The notes beneath the pieces were generated by a model. The model saw only the letters and a program-made list of their open reading frames with translations, had not been told where the DNA came from and ran no database searches. Positions 12,943 to 23,918 of a stretch of DNA of 64,000 nt are shown one piece after another (positions within the stretch are counted from its first letter, which is position 1; the number at the start of each line of letters is the position of its first letter). The DNA is from Squalus acanthias (taxonomy: Eukaryota): assembly GCA_030390025.1 (NCBI GenBank), contig CM059431.1:118236001-118300000 (forward strand). The letters run 5' to 3'. The position numbers were made by a program, and so were the translations under genes.

Positions 12943-14565
12943 TGTAAAGTTTCGCAATTATCGCGATTCGAAATAACATAATAGAAGCAGATTCGTTTGA
13001 TCAGTTTTATTAAACAAAATGCTGTCCTGATAATAAAGGACACAGAAGCCTGTAAAATGGCCACCGAGCATCGTGGCAGAAGCTTCCAGAATTACAGTGG
13101 GCAGACAAGATGGCGTCGAATATACATTTTAGTATAAGATTGGATCATACTCGGTAAACACTGATAAAGACAGGATGCAACCTGTTTGCATTTGGAACAA
13201 TAGCAAAGATATAAGTGCTGGAATCGTTTTCCCATGAACAAGTAAGGATCATTGTACTGGGCAATCGAAGGCCCATCCAGACACATCAATACACAAATAC
13301 CCCCCGGCTCTACAATGAGAGAGACGTTGACGGGTGATTAAGCAAGTATTCGGGGGCCCCCAAAACCAGTCAGGGAGACGATTCATACACATCCTGGCTG
13401 GGTCAACAATGGGGAAAACATTAACGGGTAGTTGGCCAGTTTCAGGTGCTACCGAAACCCGTTAAAGAGAAGAATCGCCCCATGCTGGAAGTTTTGAGCG
13501 CCAATATTACACAAAGGACAAACATTAAGATTTGAGCGGGAGATAAGGGAACACAGCACTATAACTATAGTGAACAAATGTCCATTGGTCTCTTTTTGAC
13601 TCGCTCGATCGCTGGCTGAAGCTCTTCCTTAGGGCAGGACTTTGTTGACTTTTTGACTCTTAGCCGTACTGGTCGGTTATTCGAATGTTGGGTGGAGCTC
13701 AATCGGAACGAGCCGCCCCGACAAGGGCAAGTAACAGGGTGCACCATCCCGAGTGTCAGTAAACGGTGTCTGGACCCGGAGGCCCGAAGAGACGAGATGA
13801 GACGAGAAGAAGAGGAGAAGAATCCACGTGCCGCCACGGTCAGTAAACCCCGACCGCGCCCGAAAATATAAATAAAGAACTTTTCATTGAAGTCTACCGA
13901 CAACCGGTGTCGAGCACAGGAAGACTCTTCTTTGAATTATACAAATGTTTCCGAGTTCTGTCGAGTTCTTCATGACAACAGGGAGCCTGGCCTGCTTGTC
14001 GCAGCAGCGAAAATAAAACAAGTGGGGTACAGAGACCCTTCCAAACACGTGACAGTCAGGCGCTGCAGCGAAACGAGCCGAGTGCCTCACTTTAAAATTC
14101 TCCGAAGTAACACGAGTGGTGAGCATGTTTTACGATCCTACAAATCTAGACATAGTGTAGGTATTGTTAAGGGAGGGTGGTTATTAAGGCTAAGAGATTA
14201 TGTGTTTCCCTTTTTACGATGTGCCGTGCGTTCTTCATTTCCATAGACCAAGCTTTATGAATGTATGTATACTTGTACTCTCGTTAATTTGCACCTATGA
14301 CATGTACTTCATGATCTTGGACGCTATGCAATAAAGATTTCCATTTCGTACTATTCAACCGGGTCCATTTGAGTTTTCTCTGCATTACTGCTCCCTGCAC
14401 CTAAGTCCAGTGTTAGAACCGTAAGGGCGAGTGGGTCGAACCACTCACAGGTGCTTATTGCAAAAGGGCTGGCCGGAGACCAGAGCAAGCAATAGTATTA
14501 GGCAACGAAGGCCGAACCTCGCACCAGCACCGTCTCTGAGAGACACGGTTCCCGAAACCCTTAAA
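12943..14565 (+). repeat. 5' LTR of provirus A
   Basis: Starts TGTAAAG and is repeated at 18971-20447. AATAAA at 14330. Followed by GAAAA and the PBS. Confidence 0.92.
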
Positions 14566-14569
14566 GAAA

Positions 14570-16393
14570 ATGGTGACCGCGGCAGGACATTGGCAGCAGG
14601 AGAGTATTGTTTTAGACCCTGGTTTGAATAGGCGAAATGTGATGGATGACAGGGTAGCCGACTATGTGTTTGGGAAGGTTAACTTAACCAAAAGGTGGAT
14701 AAGTGACCTACTGATGGATAAGCGTCCGCTAGACGCCGCCATCAAATGGACAGACAGTAAAGAGCATAAGAAGTCGGTAGAGAAAGCGGTCTGGCTGATG
14801 TGCTACAAGAAGCAAGTCCAACTTTCGGACCAGGTCATTGTGGCACAGGCAGCTCAGATCAGGGAATTGGAAGTAGAGATGGAGGAAAAGATCACGGGAG
14901 GACAAAAACTCATTGCATCATTGAATGCGTTACATCAGGAACGCCAAATAGTAGCCAACCACCATGAGGCTAAAATTGATTACTTAGAATGTCAGGTCAC
15001 GGAAGCGAAATTAAACGAGGGTAGGATTAGAGAACGGTGTGCCCGCCTAGCTAACCAGATAAAAGCCCAGGAAGAAAGCTTGAAGGGAGTTAGGGCGGCA
15101 TATAAGATGGCCCTCGAGGATAGGCATGAGGGAGCCGACCACAGTGTTTGCCAGAAGGAGATAGGGAACCTAAGAGAGGCCCTGAATAAGGCAAACGGCT
15201 TGGTGTGCCTCATCAGCCCGTCAGCAAACCAGCCACAGGTGGGTAGGGAATTCCCAAAATCCCTACCAGACAAAGCAGAGGAAGTATTTGCCACTGTGCC
15301 CTCCACGCCACCCAGCTATTCGGCAACCTGGGTAAGGGAGGAAGTGGTGGAAATAGAGAAGGAGGTTCCCGAGGTAGGACAACCCCCGGAGGGAGAGTCA
15401 AGACCGGGACCAATGTGTCCGCTCCGAGGTCACAAGAGAGGCCCGAATGCAGCCAATGGTGAAGATGGGGATGTCCTGAACCAACTTGTATTGCCCCACA
15501 GCTCACACCAGCTGAGAGCAATGATTAGCCATGTACGGAAGCTGTCCGAGTCAGACGACCCTTCCGTACATTTTAGAGAAGTAGAACAGACCGCAGCGAT
15601 TAATGGCTGCGACGACGAGGAAAAGACCAAAATGTTGCTGTTCTCTTTAGATAGCTTGATCCTTCAGTGTCTCTCAGACGAGAGCAAGAAGGGAAATAAA
15701 ACCTATGAGGAGTTACGGGACGAGGTCCTAGAAGTGTTAGGGGCGGATGACGAAGGTCCGTTCGTCAGATTGAGTCAAACCATACAGATGGAGGGAGAAC
15801 CCCCGAAGGTTTTCGCCGACAGGCTGTGGCCAGTATACCAGCATAGCTGCCCAGGTGCGCCAGCGCGCGTCTTTCTGAACGGCGCCGGGAAAGCTCATTG
15901 GCTCAGGTGTTTAGTAGCCAACAGCTTGCCAGCCGTCAGGGAGCAGGCCAAAGCGTGGTTTGATCCCACTAACCCCGCCACAACAGAGGAGTCTGTCCTA
16001 AATCGACTCACCATAAGGTATCAGAACACTAGGAGCACGGGAGCGCGTCCCCTTAAGGGAAAGGTGCATGAGGCAAGGCCCGCAGCCCCGGCTCAGAAAG
16101 AGTGGCATCAGGAGGGAAATCGCGCCCCACAAACCAGTGGTGTTTGTTACGGGTGCGGGAAGACAGGTCACTGGCGTAAAAACTGCAGGAATCCCTGGAA
16201 GGACCCCAGGGACAAAGCTCGCGCAGCCCGAACCCAAGCGCCTGTCTCTGAGAAAGGAGCCGGTGTGCCTATCCATCCCGATGCGATAGAATCAATGTTG
16301 GGAGCCATGCGGTCCCTTATGATTTCGCAAGGGAGGGTGGCAGTCGCTACCGGCCCCACAGATGCCACAACCCCGTCCACCGGTACCCAATGA
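14570..16393 (+). CDS. gag: Gag polyprotein (607 aa), provirus A
   Basis: Open ORF with N-terminal coiled coil, PPSY motif, capsid-like region and CYGCGKTGHWRKNC zinc knuckle. Confidence 0.92.
   Translation: MVTAAGHWQQESIVLDPGLNRRNVMDDRVADYVFGKVNLTKRWISDLLMDKRPLDAAIKWTDSKEHKKSVEKAVWLMCYKKQVQLSDQVIVAQAAQIRELEVEMEEKITGGQKLIASLNALHQERQIVANHHEAKIDYLECQVTEAKLNEGRIRERCARLANQIKAQEESLKGVRAAYKMALEDRHEGADHSVCQKEIGNLREALNKANGLVCLISPSANQPQVGREFPKSLPDKAEEVFATVPSTPPSYSATWVREEVVEIEKEVPEVGQPPEGESRPGPMCPLRGHKRGPNAANGEDGDVLNQLVLPHSSHQLRAMISHVRKLSESDDPSVHFREVEQTAAINGCDDEEKTKMLLFSLDSLILQCLSDESKKGNKTYEELRDEVLEVLGADDEGPFVRLSQTIQMEGEPPKVFADRLWPVYQHSCPGAPARVFLNGAGKAHWLRCLVANSLPAVREQAKAWFDPTNPATTEESVLNRLTIRYQNTRSTGARPLKGKVHEARPAAPAQKEWHQEGNRAPQTSGVCYGCGKTGHWRKNCRNPWKDPRDKARAARTQAPVSEKGAGVPIHPDAIESMLGAMRSLMISQGRVAVATGPTDATTPSTGTQ
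14571..14588 (+). promoter_or_regulatory. Primer binding site, tRNA-Arg(TCG)-like (provirus A)
   Basis: TGGTGACCGCGGCAGGAC just after the LTR. One mismatch to the complement of the vertebrate tRNA-Arg(TCG) 3' end as I recall it (GTCCTGCCGCGGTCGCCA). Confidence 0.8.
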
Positions 16394-18970
16394 CTAGAGC
16401 CCGCGCAGCCCGTCTACCTGTGTCCGCTCAGCTATGATGCGTGGAAAAGACCCCTGGTGGAGATGGAGGTAGAGAAGCAGAAGGGTAGTTATTTGTTGGA
16501 CACGGGAGCTTCATGCACCGTGATTCATACGGATAGCCCCTTTGACTCACCACTGTCTACCAAGGTCCCATTCACATTAGCGGGGTTCACGGGAAAAGAG
16601 CAGGCTGGCGCATTCTCCATTCCGCTCTCCATTCATTTAGGAGCACTCCACACCACATGGAAGTGCATACTGATGAAATGGCAAGAGGGGGGTGGCAGAG
16701 GTATCCTCGGATCGGATCTCCTATCGGAACACGGGATCCTCGTGGACCTTAGGAATCACTGTCTCTGGGGAGCCAAGGGTGGAAAAGGCAAGGTAGTTGT
16801 AATCCCGGGGAAGGAAGGTAAAGGGGCCCTGTGTACCATGAAGCCAACCGGAGGTTACGACGTCGGGCTTATGGTCGCGGATGTCCCAACGGACATGCAA
16901 ACGTATGTGTCAGATAATATGCACGCGTTTGCAACCCACAAGCACGATTGTGGGAGGGTTACCGGGTTTGAGGTCAGCATAGACGGGGACCCCATGACCC
17001 GGCCCCAAAAGCAGTATAACTTCCCCAAAGAAGCAGAACCCGACATGGAGACAGCAATGTCCTCATTGGTGCAGCAGGGCGTGTTGAGGCCGATAGCCAC
17101 ACACGTGAACTCCCCATTATGGCCGGTAAGGAAGCCGGATAATTCGTAGAGGGCCACGGTGGACTACAGAGTCCTTAACAGTAACATTCCCGCCTGCGCG
17201 CCCACAGTAGCAGCAGTTGCTGACCTAATAGGGAGTTTCCCAGCATCCACGACCACATTCACGGTGCTGGATATCTCGAACGGTTTTTGGTCCATCCCGC
17301 TGCGGCGAGAGGACCAGTACAAGTTTGCCTTTACTTTTAAAGGACAACAGTACACATGGAACTGTTTGCCACAGGGTTTCCACAACAGCCCCAGTATTTT
17401 CCATCAGTGTATGGCAGGAAGTTTAAAGGAGTTTAGTCAGCCCAATCAGATAGTGCAGTACGTGGATGATTTGCTCCTGTTCACGGACTCAAGGGAGGAG
17501 CATGGACCACTGCTAGCCGAGTTATTGGAGCTGCTAGCGAGAAAGGGTTTTAAAGTGAACCCTAAGAAAGCACGTATCGGTCAGCAGGAAGTAAAATTCC
17601 TGGGTCTGACCATTCGCGCTGGGGAAAGAGCCATAGATAAGGCTAGGAGGGAGTCGGTGCAGGAGTTACCGATTCCCAACACCATAACGGGTGTGAGGTC
17701 CTTTCTGGGACTGACCGGTTACTGTAGAGACTTCATCGAGGACTATGCGGCCACAGCAGCTCCGCTGCTCCGACTCCTCTATAAGGGAGTGGAGTGGTCT
17801 TGGGACGAGGGTTGTCAGGCAGCATTCGAGAAGTTAAAAGGGGATCTGCAGACCGTGCCAGCTTTAGGGGCCATAGATGGGGGGAAGGAGTTTTTCCTGG
17901 AGGTAGCTGCCAGCGGAGACAGCTTGAGCGCTGTGCTGCTCCAAGAGCGTCACGGCAAGCTGAGGCCGGTTGTCTATTCGTCCAGGGTGTTAACGGATGT
18001 GGAGAGGAGTTTTTCCAACTGCGAAAGGCATCTCTTAGCCACGCATTGGGCTGTGAAAAGATCAGCGATCTTCACAGGGCTCTCTCCCATCACTCTCCTC
18101 ACCCATCACACACCAACTTAGATGCTTCTAGATGGGAGGATTAAGGATGGGACCGTAAGCAGCGCTCGTATTGCGTGCTGGACCCTTCTCCTTTCCCAGA
18201 TGGATCTTAGAGTTAAAGGTCTTTGCGAGCCCAAGCTCGCGGCCAACTTGGTATACGCCGGAACAGCCCACTAGTGTTCGGTGGAAGGGGTGTGGGAGGT
18301 CAACATAGGTTTGCGGGCCGGGATACATCCCACAGGTCGCGAGATTTATGTTGATGGTTCCAGCACAGTGTCCGCTGGTGAACAACTCACAGGGTGTGGA
18401 GTTTATGACCCTGCGGCAAACCTTGTCCTGGCAATTAAACTCCCCAGCACCATGAGCGCACAGCAGGCTGAGCTGTCTGCGGTGGCGTACGTCGTTACCC
18501 ACCCAGAAATCTTCCCAACCCCATACACGATTTGTTCGGACAGTATGTTTACGTGCAATTCGTGTACGGAATACCTGGCCATTTGGTCCCGCCGTGGCTA
18601 CACCTCCGCGGACGGGCGACCTTTAACGGTGAAGCCCTTGCTGGAAAAGATCCTAGCAGCAGTAGGGGAGGAAGGGGAGATTTTCTTCCATAAGGTGAAG
18701 GCTCACTCCTCCACAGAGCCCCGCGGGGAGGGCAACCAGCAGGCGGATGCGCTAGCCAGGGACGGTGCCCGTAACGGCATTTTCTGGGACCCCTATGGAC
18801 CCGGACCAGTGGCAGCGATCCAAGGCAGGGAAGGGAATCCCGGGAACACCAGGATAGCACTGCCCCTAGACCTTAAGACCATCCAGAGCCAGGATCCCGC
18901 CCTAAAAGCAGTTCTCAGAACGATTACTGAGGGCAAGCAGGTAGAGGGCCCGTACAGTACGGCAACCCTC
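16394..18970 (+). pseudogene. pol: pro-pol: protease, RT, degenerate RNase H (tether), RNase H; three nonsense codons; truncated before the integrase core
   Basis: Same frame as gag. Motifs LLDTGAS, LDISNGF, LPQGFHNSP, YVDD, and IYVDGSS/AQQAEL/SDS/KVKAH/GNQQADALA. TAG at 17147, 18119 and 18272. Confidence 0.92.
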
Positions 18971-20447
18971 TCCAGAATTACAGTGGGCAGACAAGATGGC
19001 GTCGAATATACATTTTAGTATAAGATTGGATCATACTCGGTAAACACTGATAAAGACAGGATGCAACCTGTTTGCATTTGGAACAATAGCAAAGATATAA
19101 GTGCTGGAATCGTTTTCCCATGCACAAGTAAGGATCATTGTACTGGGCAATCGAAGGCCCATCCAGACACATCAATACACAAATAACACCTGGCTCTACA
19201 ATGAGAGAGACATTGACGGGTGATTAAGCAAGCATTCGGGGGCCCCCAAAACCAGTCAGGGAGACGATTCGTACACATCCTGGCTGGGTCAACAATGGGG
19301 AAAACATTAACGGGTAGTTGGCCAGTTTCAGGTGCTACCGAAACCCGTTAAACAGAAGAATCGCCCCATGCTGGGAGTTTTGAGCGCCAAATATTACACA
19401 AAGGACAAACATTAAGATTTGAGCGGGAGATAAGGGAACACAGCACTATAACTATAGTGAACAAATGTCCATCGCTCTCTTATTCCCTTGACTCGCTCGA
19501 TCGCTGGCTGAAGCTCTTCCTTAGGGCTGGACTTTGTTGACTTTTTGACTCTTAGCCATACTGGTCGGTTATTCGAATGTTGGGTGGAGCTCAATCGGAA
19601 CGAGCTGCCCCGACAAGAGCAAGTAACAGGGTGCACCATCCCGAGTATCGGTAAATGGTGTCTGGACCCGGAGGCCCGAAGAGACGAGACGAGATGAGAG
19701 GAAGAGGAGAAGAATCCACGTGCCGCCGCGGTCAGTAAACCCCGACCGCGCCCCAAAATATAAATAAAGAACTTTTCATTGAAGTCTACCGACAACCGGT
19801 GTCGAGCACAGGAAGACTCTTCTTTGAATTTTACAAACGTTTCCGAGTTCTGTCGAGTTCTTCATGACAACAGGGAGCCTGGCCTGCTTGTCGCAGCAGC
19901 GAAAATAAAACAAGTGGGGTACAGAGACCCTTCCAAACACGTGACAGTCAGGCGCTGCAGCGAAACGAGCCGAGTGCCTCACTTTAAAATTCTCCGAAGT
20001 AACACGAGTGGTGAGCATGTTTTACGATCCTACAAATCTAGACATAGTGTAGGTATTGTTAAGGGAGGGTGGTTATTAAGGCTAAGAGATTATGTGTTCC
20101 CCTTTTTACGATGTGCCGTGCGTTCTTCATTTCCATAGACCAAGCTTTATGAATGTATGTATACTTGTACTATCGTTAATTTGCGCCTATGACATGTACT
20201 TCATGATCTTGGATGCTATGCAATAAAGATTTCCATTTCATACTATTCAACCGGGTCTATTTGAGTTTTCTCTGCATTACTGCTAAGTCCAGTGTTAGAA
20301 CCGTAAGGGCGAGTGGGTCGAACCACTCACAGGTGCTTATTGCAAAAGGGCTGGCCGGAGACCAGAGCAAGCAATAGTATTAGGCAACGAAGGCCTAACC
20401 TCGCACCAGCACCGTCTCTGAGCGACACGGTTCCCGAAACCCTTTCA
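18971..20447 (+). repeat. 3' LTR of provirus A, lacking its first ~142 bp
   Basis: Matches the 5' LTR from 13085 onward. Ends CCCTTTCA followed by the TSD. Confidence 0.92.
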
Positions 20448-22329
20448 CAATGCCCCTATTGAAGCAAACCATTGGTGCTTCCAGAAGGTCTGGAGTTTGG
20501 GAGAAACACAATGGAATGACCCAAGTAAAGTGTTATAAGCTAACACTCAGGGAAACAGAAACTTAGAAAATTAAACAACCATATGCCTTCATAAAGTAAC
20601 ATCAAATAAGACAGGAAACACGATTAAATATAAAACCAACTAAGATGGCTAGTAAAACAAGTAAACACCCTAAGAGAAGTGGTTTTGATTTACATATTGT
20701 AAAATGTACTTACAGAAGACTTTGAAAATATAATATCAATAGATGACACCAAGCAATCACATTGTTTATGTGTTAAACTTGGAACACAACGGAGACAGGA
20801 GTCTGTGTTTGTAACCAGTTAAGGTGGTTTTAGGATTCAATAGAAAGACTTCCTAAGAATAGCATCAAATAGATAAATCGATAATAACCATAAAAATGAT
20901 AAGTTTTTGAAACACCTAAAGGTAGAGACAGAGTTCTAAAAGTAGGCAGCTGAAATGACAGTAAGAAACAAAAATAATTCAATAAAGGATCACCAGAGAT
21001 AATTTGCTTACATCAGCAGAAAACTTCAAAGAATATACCACTAAAAGAAGGTATAAAAATAAGAGCTTTTCAGATAGAGAGTCAGAAGTCACTGGAAGGG
21101 CAAACGTTTCTCAACTTCACAGGCACGCTCTGTAAGTCTTTAACTCTGAGTCTCGGGTAATCAAGGTATTTGATTTTGGTGGATATTCTGGATTAAGAAA
21201 TAAGTAGAAGTGTGTAAATGTAATGAAGTTAAGATTTGAGAATAAGGATCTCTGATAAGAAATGTAAGCTATTTGTATTTTGAGCTGTTAAAGTTGCGAT
21301 TGCCATACCAGCTCTTAACTAAATGTCGGTTCTTTAATAAATCTATATATTTTTAAAATTATCTCAGAGTATTTTTGTATCAACTCGCGAACTCAATTTC
21401 TGTATACTCTTTTGTAAGGAGTAGCAGAATTCTGGGGGATTTTCCGGACCCTCATAATATCCGGAAGGTTACAGTCTAGTTAAACTTGTTAAAAGTGCTA
21501 TCCGGAGGATGGTAACATCTTCAGGCCGTTCCTTTCCTTTAGGGAGAGATAGTCTGAACCTTTAGACCCAATTAAGCATCTCTAGGATTCGGCTACTGCT
21601 AACTTTAGTTGAAGGTGAATGTCTGGGGAATACGCCTGATCTGGGGTAGCCCGAAAAGGGCTAGGACTTGTAATTATCCCTTCACCCGGACATCGTGGAA
21701 GGAGTTCCTCAGGGCAGTGTCTTAGGCCCAACCATCTTCAGCTGTTTCATCAATGACCTTCCCTCCAACATAAGGTCAGAAATGGGGATGTTCGCTGATG
21801 ACTGCACAGTGTTCAGTGCCATTCACAACTCCTCAGATAATGAAGCAGTTCATGCCCGCATGCAACAAGACTCCCACAGTGCTTGATTGGCACCCCATCC
21901 ACCACCTTAGAAGTTTATCACCGATCTTTCATCATCGCTGGGTCAAAATCCTGGAACTCCCTCCCTATCAGCACTGTGGGAGTACCTTCACCACACGGCC
22001 TGCAGTGGTTCAAGAAGGAGGCGCACCACCTTCTCGAGGGCAATTAGGGATGGGCAATAAATGCTGGCCTTGCCAGCAACGCCCATATCCCATAAACAAA
22101 TTTAAAAAAAACTTAATCTCTTACAGGTAAGCATTACAAGTTACTTGAAGTACTTGCATTCTGAAGATGATTTTTCCATTGTCATAATAGACTGACTGGT
22201 CTTGGAAGGTAAGCCAATTTTGTGTGGCATGTTGGGCATTGGAAATATTGTCATCTACTCTAGGAATGTAAACTGGATTTGGTGCTGCCAAGTGCCCGTT
22301 GTTGCTGTGTAAATTAGGCAGCAAATAGG

Positions 22330-23100
22330 ATCTTGTTACACAGCAGAAAAGTTTGGAAATTGAAGGAGTACATGCAGTATAACAGACATGTCCACAACCT
22401 GTGTGTCAACCTGGTTTTCAGTAGGTGACTGCATTATGCAGCTAGGTCATTCTAAAATGACTAGAGATACGATGGCCTTGCCAGATCTGTGTGGCAAGGT
22501 TTTTGATTCTAAATTTCATTTTGAAGGTGTGCCCCCCTGATGCAGGGTATGCATGAGGTGCAAAGAACATGCTGTAAGGTTTGTGAGGAATTAGCATGGC
22601 TAAGGAATACATGTGCAACAGGCAACACTTTGCAGCAAATACTCTTTTGGTTATCCACAAGATGTGGGGCACTTTATCCTTGCCAATTCCTTAAGTGTTC
22701 TGGTTTCTCCTTCATGTGCTTCCTGGTCTTGTAGGTAGTGTGTACAGAATTGATCCTGCTTTCCTCATGCTGCCAGGAATAGTACTCTGATGCCTTCTGA
22801 GGAGGGTGTCCTGAGGTGCCAAATTGAACAACCCTCCGGACTCCCCCTTCATGCAACTGCATGTCCGTTTGGCCATCCATCAAACAAAGGGTTGTGTGTT
22901 GTACCATTCCTTCACTTCACCACAGAATCGTTTTAGTACCTCTGTATTGGGCATCCTTTCACTTTACTTATACCAGAAAGATCTTCTCCTCCCACCCCGG
23001 CCTTGGCCAATGAATCTGCAATTCATTTTGAAGCTTGATAAAGGCTGAAATAAATATTTGTCCCCATGCGCAGTCACTAGTCTTTAAGTGTGCTCATTCC
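22330..23100 (-). pseudogene. Possible highly decayed Harbinger transposase remnant
   Basis: Only scattered fragments (PGS.HE.RI-like, CCLLH-like) across several frames. Confidence 0.35.
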
Positions 23101-23772
23101 TTTAATTTGGACTTGCTGGCCAGAATTCTTGCTCACCTCATTGGGCTTGCTCCCTGTACAAGGACAAACTGTATTGGCACAACAATGTTAACTGTACTGA
23201 TAGCAGACTTTTAGCTCCAGTGTGGTAACTTACTGAACTATCCAGTCCCCAAGTTTCCTGCCATAGACAGAAAAAAAGATTGCGATGCAAGCAAAAATTA
23301 TTCTGATTTATAATTTAAAAGATGCAGGTTAAAAGTTTTGACCTTGATAGAAATGTTAACCCATTTTGCCCAGAAACAAACTCACTCCAATGTAAGGAAA
23401 TAGTTATCTCCTCATTTGTTGTTACCCAATGCTGATGACTTGCGTCACATCTTCTGGATTTTGACATTTCTATTTTTCCGCAAATAGAATTAGCGAATGT
23501 TACTTCACGGAAAGACACCATTTTGCTTATCACACACGTGTTGGTTCCTTGGGAGAGCTATCCATTTAGTTCCATTCCCATGCTTTTTCCAGATACCCTT
23601 TTATTTTTTTTCAAATACTTATCCACTTCCCTTTTAAAAGCTGTCATGAATTCTGCTCCCATCATTTTTTTTGGAAGGGACATTCCATGTCCTATTGCTT
23701 TGCTTAATAAATTTCTCTTAAGCTCTCTACTTATTCTTTCTTACCCTTCCTTCTTCGTCTTTTAAAAACATT

Positions 23773-23918
23773 GGCCTAGAAATTCGTCTCGGGCAGTGGC
23801 GCAATACATGCGGTATTGGATCGACTGCAATGGAACTAAATATCAGGCGGTGCGTATAACGGGCGGCCGATCCGATACCGCCCGTTTTGCGCTATCGCCC
23901 AAGGCGAATTTCCAGGCC
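23773..23918. mobile_element. 146-bp palindromic Harbinger/Tourist-like MITE
   Basis: TIRs GGCCTAGAAATTCG / CGAATTTCCAGGCC with 3-bp TSD ATT on both sides. Confidence 0.85.

Larger units (their letters stand above)
12943..20447 (+). mobile_element. Endogenous retrovirus-like provirus A (lokiretrovirus-like): LTR-gag-pro-pol(deleted IN)-LTR
   Basis: Paired LTRs, TSD CAAT (12939-12942 / 20448-20451), PBS, gag with CCHC, and PR/RT/two RNase H-like domains. Confidence 0.93.
12728..21684 (+). mobile_element. ~1.45-kb AT-rich solo LTR (12728-12942 plus 20452-21684), host of provirus A
   Basis: TGTAATGG...CCCTTCA termini with 4-bp TSD CCCG (12724-12727 / 21685-21688). Removing it rejoins the LINE RT. 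TATAAAA at 21052 and AATAAA at 21336. Confidence 0.8.
10572..22110 (+). mobile_element. Non-LTR retrotransposon (APE endonuclease + RT), split by LTR insertions at 12728-21684
   Basis: Endonuclease motifs (GDFN; TRGKNLLDLILTN; SSDH) and RT N-half in ORF 12008-12874 (KAMGPD, QFGFR, ALDIKASFD). RT resumes at 21689 (GVPQGSVLGP, FADD). A-rich tail at ~22110. Many stops and frameshifts. Confidence 0.85.

Noticed and set aside
13565..14246. Recurrent short ORFs in the LTRs (also 29169, 43795, 51502, 57500)
   Set aside because: They recur only because the LTR is repeated. Frames and lengths are not conserved between LTR subfamilies, and they cross microsatellites.
12943..20447. Provirus A as a naturally env-less half of a bipartite (pol + env) virus
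   Set aside because: The deletion also removes IN, the PPT and part of the 3' LTR, so the absence of env is secondary. A may have been complete.
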